Shown here: positions 38,075-46,438 of the stretch, one piece after another | How the letters are laid out: the number at the start of each line of letters is the position of its first letter | Position numbering within the stretch: position 1 is the first letter of the stretch | NCBI GenBank assembly: GCA_963675215.1 | Contig: OY775914.1 | Coordinates: 3,339,181-3,403,180, forward strand | Source: Bacteroidales bacterium | GTDB lineage: Bacteria; Bacteroidota; Bacteroidia; Bacteroidales; GCA-2711565 | Length of the DNA stretch: 64,000 nt | Direction: 5' to 3' | Program-made: the position numbers and the translations under genes | The notes under the pieces: model-generated | Databases searched by the model: none | What the model was told of the DNA's origin: nothing | Seen by the model: only the letters and a program-made list of their open reading frames with translations

Positions 38075-38110
38075 AGGTCACTTCGAGCTTGTCGAGAAGT
38101 GGCCTTTTTT
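38075..38110 (+). terminator. rho-independent terminator
   Basis: ggtcacttcgagc..gtcgagaagtggcc imperfect stem followed by an 8-T run. Confidence 0.65.
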
Positions 38111-38207
38111 TTATTCCCTGCTGAAGGTTTTTCAAGAAATGCCTTAAAGCACCTCCGTAATTTCACTATATTTATGCTGAACAATTCAACCTCCAAAGAT
38201 TTTAAAC

Positions 38208-39155
38208 ATGAGCTCAAAAAAAACAATCTCCAATACTTTTATCTTCTCATTCATCATTCTTTTAGCATCATGCATGACTGAAAACCAACCGAAAGAAAAT
38301 GATTTCGACCCTAAGCTTCAGGCCATTTCTCTTTTTGGAGATTCTTTATTTTCATCAATTCCGGGAGAAAAAACCATTAAAAAATACGAATTGGCGAAAT
38401 CAATTTATAAGGCTGATAAAAATAATGCAGATAATTTGGTTTGGTTTGGAAGATGGACGGCCTATACCGGGAATTATAAAGAAGCGATCAAAATTTTCAC
38501 CAAGGGAATTGAACAATTCGCCGATGATGCCAGATTTCTTAGGCACAGAGCACATCGTTACATCAGCATTCGAAAATTTGATCTGGCGATTAAGGATTTA
38601 GAATTAGCCTCAAAATTAATTGAGAATAAAGAAGACATTGTTGAACCAGATGGAATGCCCAATGCCATGAATATGCCTATCAGTTCTCTTCATTCGAATA
38701 TACGTTACCATTTAGGTTTAGCCTATTATTTAAATAACCAGATGGATAAGGCTTTTGAAGTTTTTAAAAAGGATGTTGAACTGGCATCTAATGACGATAA
38801 AATTGTTTCGAGTAGTCATTGGCTGTATATGATTTCAAGACTTCGCAATGACAATGAAATGGCGAAAAAAACTTTAGAACCAATTACAAGAGAAATGAAC
38901 ATTATTGAGAATTTTGACTATCATCAATTGCTCTTACTTTATAAAGGCGAATTAATCGACACTGATTTACTGGGAGAAAACTATGATGTAAAGGTTTCAG
39001 ATGGAATGGCTTATGGAATTGCCAATTGGTATTATTACAATGGGGAAACTGAAAAAGCAAAAATCCTGCTCAACAAAATCCTTAACGGCAATCAGTGGGC
39101 TTCTTTTGGTTTTATTGCTGCTGAAGTTGACTATGTGAAAAACTTCGGCAAATAA
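38208..39155 (+). CDS. TPR-like lipoprotein
   Basis: Signal peptide plus lipobox 'ILLASCMT'; TPR-like helical repeats. Confidence 0.7.
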   Translation: MSSKKTISNTFIFSFIILLASCMTENQPKENDFDPKLQAISLFGDSLFSSIPGEKTIKKYELAKSIYKADKNNADNLVWFGRWTAYTGNYKEAIKIFTKGIEQFADDARFLRHRAHRYISIRKFDLAIKDLELASKLIENKEDIVEPDGMPNAMNMPISSLHSNIRYHLGLAYYLNNQMDKAFEVFKKDVELASNDDKIVSSSHWLYMISRLRNDNEMAKKTLEPITREMNIIENFDYHQLLLLYKGELIDTDLLGENYDVKVSDGMAYGIANWYYYNGETEKAKILLNKILNGNQWASFGFIAAEVDYVKNFGK

Positions 39156-39156
39156 A

Positions 39157-39200
39157 ATAACAAAAGGTTCATATTTGGAGGAATCTCATTTAATGTTTAC
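39157..39200 (+). repeat. possible degenerate left-half copy H of the structured element, 2 nt after the stop codon
   Basis: 'ATAACAAAAGGTTCATATTTGGAGGAATCTCA' versus copy B 'CTAACAAAGGCTCATAAAACATGGCTAATTCTTA'. Confidence 0.35.
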
Positions 39201-39254
39201 TTTTATAATCTCCCTCAGTCTAAAATTTAGTTTAGACTTATTTCATATGTCTTT

Positions 39255-39269
39255 ATTTACGATGTAAAT
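39255..39269. promoter_or_regulatory. ATTTAC-GAT-GTAAAT inverted repeat plus an adjacent TTATTTAC direct repeat upstream of the 39360 operon
   Basis: 6-bp arms with a 3-nt spacer. The half-site TTATTTAC recurs 18 nt downstream. The shape is compatible with a LuxR/NarL-type dimer site. Confidence 0.35.
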
Positions 39270-39359
39270 TTCTTATTTACACACAATAAATACAGGGAAT
39301 CATTTCACCCACAACTCACAAATTAAATTCATTATTAATCAAACGAAAGGATATTTATT

Positions 39360-40082
39360 ATGAAACTAGAAACAATTAAAACTGCAATTCAAGAATGGTA
39401 TGAACTAAATGATTATGTAAACGAAACCCAATTTTTACTAAACGAAGGTGTTATCTTCAAAATTGATCCAAAAGTAAAAGACTTCATTGGTGACACAATA
39501 GAAAAAAAGGACGTATACATCCATGCTTATCCTGGGGTTATTGAGGGTAAATTAAAGTTTATACTCATCAATTCCGAAATGGATAAATTAGAAAAATTTG
39601 AAGATAAAAATGATCCGATAACCCGATACATTTATGTCTCAGATGTGATGGGAATGGACAGCCAACTTGCGGCAGATTTTCTAAAACTAAAATCCTTAGG
39701 TACAAATGACGATAAAATAAGTCCGGAAGTGGCAAAAGAAAGGATTTTAAGATGGTCGTTAACAAAAGATGAATGGATAGTAAATCAAATTAACAATACT
39801 GAAGGTGTATTTGAAGTTTTTGTAATTCCTGATATTGATTTGAAAAAGGGGTCTGATATTTACGCTTTTCTTGCATTAACAGATAAAAATACAGCCGATT
39901 TAATTATCATGGATAAAAATAAAAAAACAAATGAACTTAATATCATAAATCCGGATGATGAAGGCTTGTATGATGTGGTAGCTCCATGTCCTCCCTATGG
40001 AGTTGATGGAATAAGCGCCGAAGTAGCGAATGGAAAAACAGATAAAAAGAATTTCTTTTTACTTGATATTAGCATTCAATAA
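39360..40082 (+). CDS. acidic cytoplasmic protein of unknown function
   Basis: 240-aa ORF with no signal peptide and no motif I recognise. First gene of a 4-gene same-strand cluster that ends in a two-component pair. Confidence 0.65.
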   Translation: MKLETIKTAIQEWYELNDYVNETQFLLNEGVIFKIDPKVKDFIGDTIEKKDVYIHAYPGVIEGKLKFILINSEMDKLEKFEDKNDPITRYIYVSDVMGMDSQLAADFLKLKSLGTNDDKISPEVAKERILRWSLTKDEWIVNQINNTEGVFEVFVIPDIDLKKGSDIYAFLALTDKNTADLIIMDKNKKTNELNIINPDDEGLYDVVAPCPPYGVDGISAEVANGKTDKKNFFLLDISIQ

Positions 40083-40095
40083 TTCAAAATAAATA

Positions 40096-40767
40096 ATGTC
40101 ATCTAAACAATTATTAATTTTTATTACTTATACCTCTCCAGTATTATTACTAATTGGCTCAATCGTTGCTGCCTATAATTATAAGTGGCTAAGCAAACGA
40201 TTTAAAATTGTTGGCATCTATTTATTTATGGCTTTCGTTATAGATATTATTTCTCGTAAATGGGGATTCTTCTCAACAAGCAGAAACAATCTATTCATTA
40301 TTCCGGTTTTTGGATTCATTGAACTTGCAATTTTCTCATTTCTCTATTATCGATACATACTTAAAAGCAACAATAAGATTCTTAAATTGTATGTGTTTAT
40401 CGCGCTCTTTTTAATCTTAATTGATATTATTTTTATTGACACTCAAAATGTAAAAGCGTTTCATTCGTATGGCAGGCTGCTCGCTAATTTGAGCATTATC
40501 TTTTACTGCCTTCTTACTATATGGAATTCAATAAAAGGCAATATGAATAATGACAATGAAGCAATGATATTAAGTTTTGGTGCTTTGGTATATTTCTCTA
40601 TCAACTTACTGGTTTACTTACCGTTAAATTTTTTGATAAACGGAAGTCCAGATTTAATTTTTTATTTTTGGAATATTAATTTGTTTTTTACAATTGCATT
40701 TTACGCACTCCTAATTTTTCTTATATGGCAGAATGGCAAGACCCGCAAACATTTGCGATTGGGCTAA
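40096..40767 (+). CDS. polytopic membrane protein (about 6 TM), possibly the detached sensor module of the downstream kinase
   Basis: 223 aa, hydrophobic throughout. The 3' end overlaps the kinase ORF by 43 nt in another frame. Confidence 0.6.
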   Translation: MSSKQLLIFITYTSPVLLLIGSIVAAYNYKWLSKRFKIVGIYLFMAFVIDIISRKWGFFSTSRNNLFIIPVFGFIELAIFSFLYYRYILKSNNKILKLYVFIALFLILIDIIFIDTQNVKAFHSYGRLLANLSIIFYCLLTIWNSIKGNMNNDNEAMILSFGALVYFSINLLVYLPLNFLINGSPDLIFYFWNINLFFTIAFYALLIFLIWQNGKTRKHLRLG

Positions 40768-41501
40768 GCATCGTTATTATTCTTGTTTTAGCGCTTATAA
40801 TTTCCATCATTATTTTCACCAAAGGATACATTAAGCGAATTAAGCAAGAGCAAACTAAATTGAGTGAAACAAAAATTAAGTATCAAAAAGACCTACTTAA
40901 GGATAGTGTTTTAGTTCAGGAGCGTGAACGAAACCGTATTGCAGCCGACTTGCATGATAATTTAATTTCTAAACTACATATTTTAAAGCTAAGTCATCAT
41001 GCAAAAAAGCCGGCATCTCAAATTGACGAAATGCTGACAAATTCAATTGACATTGCCAGAAGAATATCGCATGATTTAAGTCCTCCCCTGATTGAAGAAA
41101 CTAGTTTAATTGAATTAATTGGCGAAATTACAAGTTCAATTCAGGGGAGCATTAATGTGGTCTTTTCTAAAACCAATATCACTGACCTTGAGATTCCCGT
41201 TGAATACAAACTGCAGATATTGCGAATCATACAAGAAGTAATTCAGAATATTTTAAAACATGCAGCAGCTAAAAGGATTGACATAAACTTACGAATCACA
41301 AAAAACAGCTTTGCCATCACCGTAAAGGATGATGGCATTGGTTTTGACCCTACCAGAAAAGCAAAGGGATTGGGAACAAAAAACATTGAACTAAGAACAC
41401 AATTACTTAAAGGACGTTATCGCTTTAAGTCAAAGATAAATGAAGGGACCTTTTTCCTTTTATTTATAAATGAATTTCATAAAAAAATAACAAATGACTA
41501 A
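40725..41501 (+). CDS. NarL/LuxR-type (HisKA_3) histidine kinase
   Basis: One TM (FAIGLSIVIILVLALIISIIIF), H-box 'ERNRIAADLHDNLISKL', and HATPase 'KDDGIGFD..KGLGTKNIE'. Confidence 0.8.
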   Translation: MAEWQDPQTFAIGLSIVIILVLALIISIIIFTKGYIKRIKQEQTKLSETKIKYQKDLLKDSVLVQERERNRIAADLHDNLISKLHILKLSHHAKKPASQIDEMLTNSIDIARRISHDLSPPLIEETSLIELIGEITSSIQGSINVVFSKTNITDLEIPVEYKLQILRIIQEVIQNILKHAAAKRIDINLRITKNSFAITVKDDGIGFDPTRKAKGLGTKNIELRTQLLKGRYRFKSKINEGTFFLLFINEFHKKITND

Positions 41502-42165
41502 AATTAACATAGCAATTGTTGATGATGAAGGATTGATCGTAGAATTACTAGATAATTTCTTTTCAAAAACAGATGAAATAATGGTTACGCTTACCGCTGG
41601 TGATGGTGAAGAATTTCTGCAAAAGTTACATGAAATGAATCAACTTCCCGACATTGTGTTGTTAGATCTTAGGATGAAGCAAATGAATGGGATCGAAACT
41701 CTCACCATACTAAAGCAGGATTTTCCGTTGATAAAGACAATAATTATGTCCTCGTACTACAAAAAGAATTTAATGGGATATATGCTAAAACTGGGAGTTA
41801 ATGCATTCATTCCCAAAGGTGTTTCACCTGAGCAATTGGTCGAAATTATTAAGGATGTAGCCGAAAAAGATTATTTTTTCATGAATGATCAGATTGATGA
41901 ATTACGAAAACAATTATCGTCAAAAATACCTAAGCCCAAACTGATTGAAGAAGAACAATTATCAGATAGAGAAAAAGAAGTGCTCTCCCTCATCTGTCAA
42001 CAAAAAACAGCCCAGGAAATTTCAGAGATATTATTTCTATCCAAACGAACTATTGAAGGTCACAGAACTAATTTATTATTAAAAACCGGGGCAAAAAACA
42101 CAGCAGGCCTGGTAATTTTTGCGATTCAGAACAAAATAGTAGATCCAACCGAACAGATAATGTAA
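41494..42165 (+). CDS. NarL/LuxR-family response regulator
   Basis: REC 'IAIVDDEGLIV..DIVLLDLRM'. C-terminal LuxR HTH 'LSDREKEVLSLICQQKTAQEISEILFLSKRTIEGHRTNLLLKTG'. Confidence 0.9.
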   Translation: MTKINIAIVDDEGLIVELLDNFFSKTDEIMVTLTAGDGEEFLQKLHEMNQLPDIVLLDLRMKQMNGIETLTILKQDFPLIKTIIMSSYYKKNLMGYMLKLGVNAFIPKGVSPEQLVEIIKDVAEKDYFFMNDQIDELRKQLSSKIPKPKLIEEEQLSDREKEVLSLICQQKTAQEISEILFLSKRTIEGHRTNLLLKTGAKNTAGLVIFAIQNKIVDPTEQIM

Positions 42166-42282
42166 AGATCACGCTCAGCGTCATTGAAGCAAATTTTCTT
42201 TTCTGCCCTAAGTGCCTTTTAATCAATTTGGTAATCGCACTTCCTACACTAAACCTTCTGCATTTTAGATACAAATGGTGTT

Positions 42283-42357
42283 TATACCTGTTTTACAAAT
42301 TGAGTATTTCCTACCTAAAATTTCCATTGATGAGTTACTAAATTCGCTGCATAACTA
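42283..42357 (+). promoter_or_regulatory. conserved upstream box, copy 1 (shared with 44342..44402)
   Basis: 'TATACCTGTTTTACAAATTGAGTATTTCCTACCTAAAATTTCCAT...GCTGCATAACT' versus 'TATACTTGATTTTACAAAACAGGTATTTCCTACCTAAATATTTACAT...GCTGCTTATAACT'. The 16-mer GTATTTCCTACCTAAA is identical. Confidence 0.6.
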
Positions 42358-42485
42358 AATGTTAATTTAATTAATTACTAATTAAAACCATGTCTACTTC
42401 AAGAAAGCTCAAAAACTTAGACAGGTTTACACAATTAAATAATTAATTCCATTTCAAACTAATCATAAACTTAAAATCAAACAAA

Positions 42486-43097
42486 ATGCAAAATTTAAAA
42501 ACAGTTTTTCAAAAGGCACCTGCTAATTCAGGGTCATCAGCAGATGGTATTAGCGTAACATCATTCGGACAGGGACAATGTTCTGGTGTAACATATACAG
42601 TATCTCCACATTCTGTAATTGATGTTGATTTTACCATTAACATGCTTTGTGTAACACCTGAGAATGTTGACACATTGGACAAATTAATCAGGAGTATGCT
42701 AAGTGCTTCAAAGCAGCATGAATATGATCAGTTAACCAAGAAAAGTTCAAGTGGCGGAAGAGGTTTCTTCTTGTTTTTCTCAGGTGGTGGAAGTCGTTCA
42801 TCTGTGAGCCAAACTACTCATACCATGGATTCGTTTGGACTTACCAGAGAGCAACAATCAAAAATTATTGATTCAATGCTGGCATTGGTTGCAAAAACAA
42901 ACAAATTTAGTTTTAAGGGCAAAATTTCAAATCAACAATACGATTATGCCGTTTCAGGAAATCTGTTTGCGATTGTGATGGATGCAACAATTCAAAAAGG
43001 TGAAACCCATACACAAGTCAGATTTTTAGCACCTAATGTACACATGAACAGTACAGATGGCGCTGCTAGTTTGCCAGTTGAAGGCAAGCTTTATTAA
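42486..43097 (+). CDS. orphan protein with a central Gly/Ser/Phe-rich segment
   Basis: 203-aa ORF with no signal peptide; 'KKSSSGGRGFFLFFSGGGSRSSVSQTT' lies mid-protein. Flanked by the conserved box upstream and a strong terminator downstream. Confidence 0.65.
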   Translation: MQNLKTVFQKAPANSGSSADGISVTSFGQGQCSGVTYTVSPHSVIDVDFTINMLCVTPENVDTLDKLIRSMLSASKQHEYDQLTKKSSSGGRGFFLFFSGGGSRSSVSQTTHTMDSFGLTREQQSKIIDSMLALVAKTNKFSFKGKISNQQYDYAVSGNLFAIVMDATIQKGETHTQVRFLAPNVHMNSTDGAASLPVEGKLY

Positions 43098-43121
43098 TCC
43101 TATATTTTAGTCTAGTGTATT

Positions 43122-43170
43122 AAAATAATACCTCCGGGTTATGATTAACCAGGAGGTATTATTTTAAAAC
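43122..43170 (+). terminator. rho-independent terminator
   Basis: aaaataatacctcc / ggaggtattatttt 14-bp perfect stem, with an inner ggtt/aacc extension, ending in a T-run. Confidence 0.8.
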
Positions 43171-43248
43171 TATAAATATCTTATCGTACCTGCCTGTTTT
43201 TGATACTGATAATATAATTTGTTTTGGAATTTGTAGGAACATATCAGA

Positions 43249-44256
43249 ATGAGATATGATAAAATCTTAAAAATGTATACAATAGGTACAAACGAAAGCC
43301 GCAATTACTCAGTGAAAAAGCTACAGAATCTAAAACAAAAACACAATTCCGGCATAGGATATATTTGTGCGCTTTTGTTATTCACTTTTGTATTTCATTT
43401 AAACACGAATGGACAATGCATTAGAACAAGAAACACTCGCAACTGGGATTCAAAATTCACGATTGGTATAGAACGCGGTATTGCATCACAAATAATAAGA
43501 GGCAACTCAAGTCTGAATTTCACAAGTATCCCGACTAACTCAGAAGCCGCTATAAATTTAAGTGAAACAAGATTATTTGACCAGCATCTTAGCTCATCTG
43601 CACTCATTGGAATTGAGGCTTTGTATAAAATTACGCCTGCAATTTCAATAGGCTTAGCCTATCAATTCCGAAACCAGAATACCTATAATTCAAAGATGAT
43701 TTTTAATCAGGATAAGTTAATCCTATCAAATGATTTAGCGGTGTCTTCATTCGGAGAATTTAAACTTAATTCGGATATCAGAAATACATCCATTTCTGTG
43801 GTTACCCATTTAAATATCTTCAATTTCAGCCTTACAAACGAACATGCCGGTTCATTCGAGATTGGCCTTGGAGGCGGAATATCTTTCTTTAAAATAAAAT
43901 CCTTTGTATCACAAGCTTTCTTAAGAATGGACATTCAAAATGATTATGTTGAGGGCAGATACATATTAGGTCCCGGAAATATTTCACCTGAAACCAAAAG
44001 ATCAGCATCCTGCACTTGGCAATTGATCACCGCTTTAAATTTAAAGTCGACTTATTCGCCTGATATTAAGATAGGATTCAGAATAAGCAGTTTAGGACAT
44101 TTTATTATTTTGAAAAGAAATAAAGAAATGCATCAATTGTTCAAACTCACCAGTGCGAATACAGGCTCACAAGATCAGGAATTATCTCTATTATCAACAA
44201 ATAGCAGCAGAGAAATTATCCTCAATGAGATTTTTATTAGAATTTATTTATGGTAG
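43249..44256 (+). CDS. putative outer-membrane beta-barrel protein
   Basis: Hydrophobic signal-like segment 'IGYICALLLFTFVFHLNTNGQ', alternating-residue strands, and a C-terminal aromatic end 'IFIRIYLW'. The start (43249 or 43273) is uncertain. Confidence 0.55.
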   Translation: MRYDKILKMYTIGTNESRNYSVKKLQNLKQKHNSGIGYICALLLFTFVFHLNTNGQCIRTRNTRNWDSKFTIGIERGIASQIIRGNSSLNFTSIPTNSEAAINLSETRLFDQHLSSSALIGIEALYKITPAISIGLAYQFRNQNTYNSKMIFNQDKLILSNDLAVSSFGEFKLNSDIRNTSISVVTHLNIFNFSLTNEHAGSFEIGLGGGISFFKIKSFVSQAFLRMDIQNDYVEGRYILGPGNISPETKRSASCTWQLITALNLKSTYSPDIKIGFRISSLGHFIILKRNKEMHQLFKLTSANTGSQDQELSLLSTNSSREIILNEIFIRIYLW

Positions 44257-44341
44257 CATTTAAATAAAAACGTTGGCGGTGAATGCAGCATCAGAGCCTG
44301 TCGCTAAAATATTATGCAATCTGTAAGGCATAAATAGTAAT

Positions 44342-44402
44342 TATACTTGATTTTACAAAACAGGTATTTCCTACCTAAATATTTACATAGGCTGCTTATA
44401 AC
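44342..44402 (+). promoter_or_regulatory. conserved upstream box, copy 2
   Basis: See copy 1. Located about 40-100 nt upstream of the 44440 ORF. Confidence 0.6.
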
Positions 44403-44439
44403 TTAGCCATAACTTGTTAGATTATATGGTTAAAAAGTT

Positions 44440-45102
44440 ATGATTATGAACAAGATTAAAAATATCATCAATGTTCCTTTAGCTAACACTCACGCTTATT
44501 TTAATATGAATCATACTTCTGCAATAGAAAAAGGATTCATTTCAAATGGTTATGCAGAAATAAAGACGAAACTTCAACATACCAAAAACAAGATTGAATA
44601 TTTTATTGAAATAAACTCAATTGATGTAGCAGTTTTTACAGAATGGAGATTACAACTCATTAAAATATTAGGCAATAGGCTTATTAATAACATTGAATCG
44701 ATAATGGTTTTAGACTCCCCATTAAAAAAGAATCATGTCCTCATCGAACACATGCCAACCTATGTGCTTTACATCATCGAATATGCTTTAAAAACAAATA
44801 TTAATATTGAAAAGTTCCCAAACTATACACAAATTCATTTTAACACTACAAGTTCTTCAAACTGTCAATGCAATCAAATATTTGAAAGTATTTACAATTT
44901 GGAATCGAATATAATTCAACATTCAGGAAAACTGCTTGCTACTAAAAACCGTCAATTATCAAAAGCATATATTCCAGTTACTATTCTTGAATTTTCTGAT
45001 GGTAAAATTGTTCCTTTCACAGGATACAATGGGCCATTCACCATAACATCCAGCTTTCATAATTCATTGCGATTACAATATGAATGCAATAATATGAATT
45101 AA
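44440..45102 (+). CDS. orphan Asn/Ile/Lys-rich protein
   Basis: 220-aa ORF with very AT-rich codon usage, no recognisable motif and no signal peptide. Confidence 0.55.
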   Translation: MIMNKIKNIINVPLANTHAYFNMNHTSAIEKGFISNGYAEIKTKLQHTKNKIEYFIEINSIDVAVFTEWRLQLIKILGNRLINNIESIMVLDSPLKKNHVLIEHMPTYVLYIIEYALKTNINIEKFPNYTQIHFNTTSSSNCQCNQIFESIYNLESNIIQHSGKLLATKNRQLSKAYIPVTILEFSDGKIVPFTGYNGPFTITSSFHNSLRLQYECNNMN

Positions 45103-45166
45103 CATAAAAAATCCTTGCCCATGTTAATATTGAAAGTCAGATAAGAAGTGGAGTTCAGAAACCACT

Positions 45167-45240
45167 ATAACAAACGAAACCTTCCCGAATTGGTTAAAAC
45201 TTGGGGGCGAAAACCGAAAAGCCTTATGAGTAGGAATAAC
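45167..45240 (+). repeat. possible divergent copy I of the structured element
   Basis: 'ATAACAAACGAAACC....GGTTAAAACTTGGGGGCGAAAACC....TATGAGTAGGAATAAC' shares the TAACAAA start and the GAGTAGG block with copies A and C. Confidence 0.3.
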
Positions 45241-45255
45241 TAAATATTATTAATT

Positions 45256-45711
45256 ATGGCTATTTTAAATTTTGTTGGACGCGTTAACATTGCAGTCCGT
45301 ATCGTAACAGAGAAGTACCCTAACGCAAAATTGTATGAAGCAGAAGGCGTATCTTCAACAGGATTGACTACTGATCCTCTAAAAATTGATAAACTAAAGG
45401 TCGTTTTTCAAAACAGTAATAACACAACTGTTATTATTAAATCAACTGGTTGGGGAGAATTTGGAGAACCAGAATTAATTCCTTACCCATGGTGTGAAGA
45501 TGTTGTTATTCAATGGCCTGTAAAAATGGATTTGGCAGAAGCCAATCAACTAAAAGAGGCTGCTGGTTACAAAGCCTCCTATGGTGCAGTAACTCTTCGT
45601 AATCCTTTAGGACCAAAAATTGGCAATCCTTATTACATTTTTGGCAGCAATCCAAGAGAACCGTATATTTTTGTGGACACGATAACCAAAGATGTACATG
45701 CTGGAAGTTAA
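45256..45711 (+). CDS. orphan small soluble protein
   Basis: 151-aa ORF with no signal peptide and no motif I can name. Confidence 0.6.
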   Translation: MAILNFVGRVNIAVRIVTEKYPNAKLYEAEGVSSTGLTTDPLKIDKLKVVFQNSNNTTVIIKSTGWGEFGEPELIPYPWCEDVVIQWPVKMDLAEANQLKEAAGYKASYGAVTLRNPLGPKIGNPYYIFGSNPREPYIFVDTITKDVHAGS

Positions 45712-46184
45712 TCTGAGTATGGTAAAACGGGCAGTAATTCTACAATTAAAGAATTACTATCCGTTACTTATCTTAATCAAGTACTTGAGGTATATCAACT
45801 TTTATATTGTGCCATCCAAACAGGTGTTTTTTTCTCAAAAACAAATTAAAATCAGATCAGACTTGTATGATGCAGATTAACATCCGATTGCGCTATAAAT
45901 TTATAAACAATCGCTATGACATTTAAATTCCACAATTTCAATCTAGTCAGAGGAAAGCAAATCCTGAACTGAATCAAAAAAATCAATTTTTAACCTGAAA
46001 ACTAAAAAAATACAACAGGCCATTTAAAGCCAGGAATTTAAACTCCATTTCGGGAATTAACAAAAAAAGACAAAATACTTTTTTAAAACCGCAATGAAGA
46101 CACGTTAGTGAAATAAAGAAAATTTATTTTTAATCTAATCTCTCCTGTTCACGCGAGTTATTGCTGATCAATAGCTCACATCAT

Positions 46185-46226
46185 ACTGCTCATTCAGTTC
46201 TCAATACTTGTATGAGCAGTTTTTAT
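46185..46226 (+). terminator. orphan rho-independent terminator in a 730-bp ORF-free region
   Basis: actgctcat / atgagcagt 9-bp perfect stem followed by TTTTT. No credible upstream ORF. Confidence 0.55.
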
Positions 46227-46438
46227 AACTTAAAAACTAGAATTAATAAACACCCTTCAAAAAATCAGAATCCAGCAAACCTGAATTTAAAGAAACAATA
46301 TTTTTACATATTTAAATCATCTCTTATTTTTTTATACTTTTATCTATCTATTTGGATATATTAAATCTATCTACTAACCAAACTATTACAACACTTATTA
46401 TTCATTTTGTTATTTAATTTAACCAATCTATATCAATT

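Noticed and set aside
38099-38601. ORFs 38099..38281 and 38299..38601
   Set aside because: The first starts inside the upstream terminator and overlaps the better lipoprotein ORF (38208..39155). The second is an alternative frame of that gene.
45692-45880. 62-aa ORF overlapping the end of the 151-aa orphan gene
   Set aside because: It spans the strong hairpin at 45727..45764 and has no coding-like composition.
46161-46364. 67-aa ORF in the gap upstream of the BNR-repeat gene
   Set aside because: It runs through the orphan terminator hairpin and is low-complexity (TTG start, Y/F/I/L-rich tail). It is more likely non-coding.
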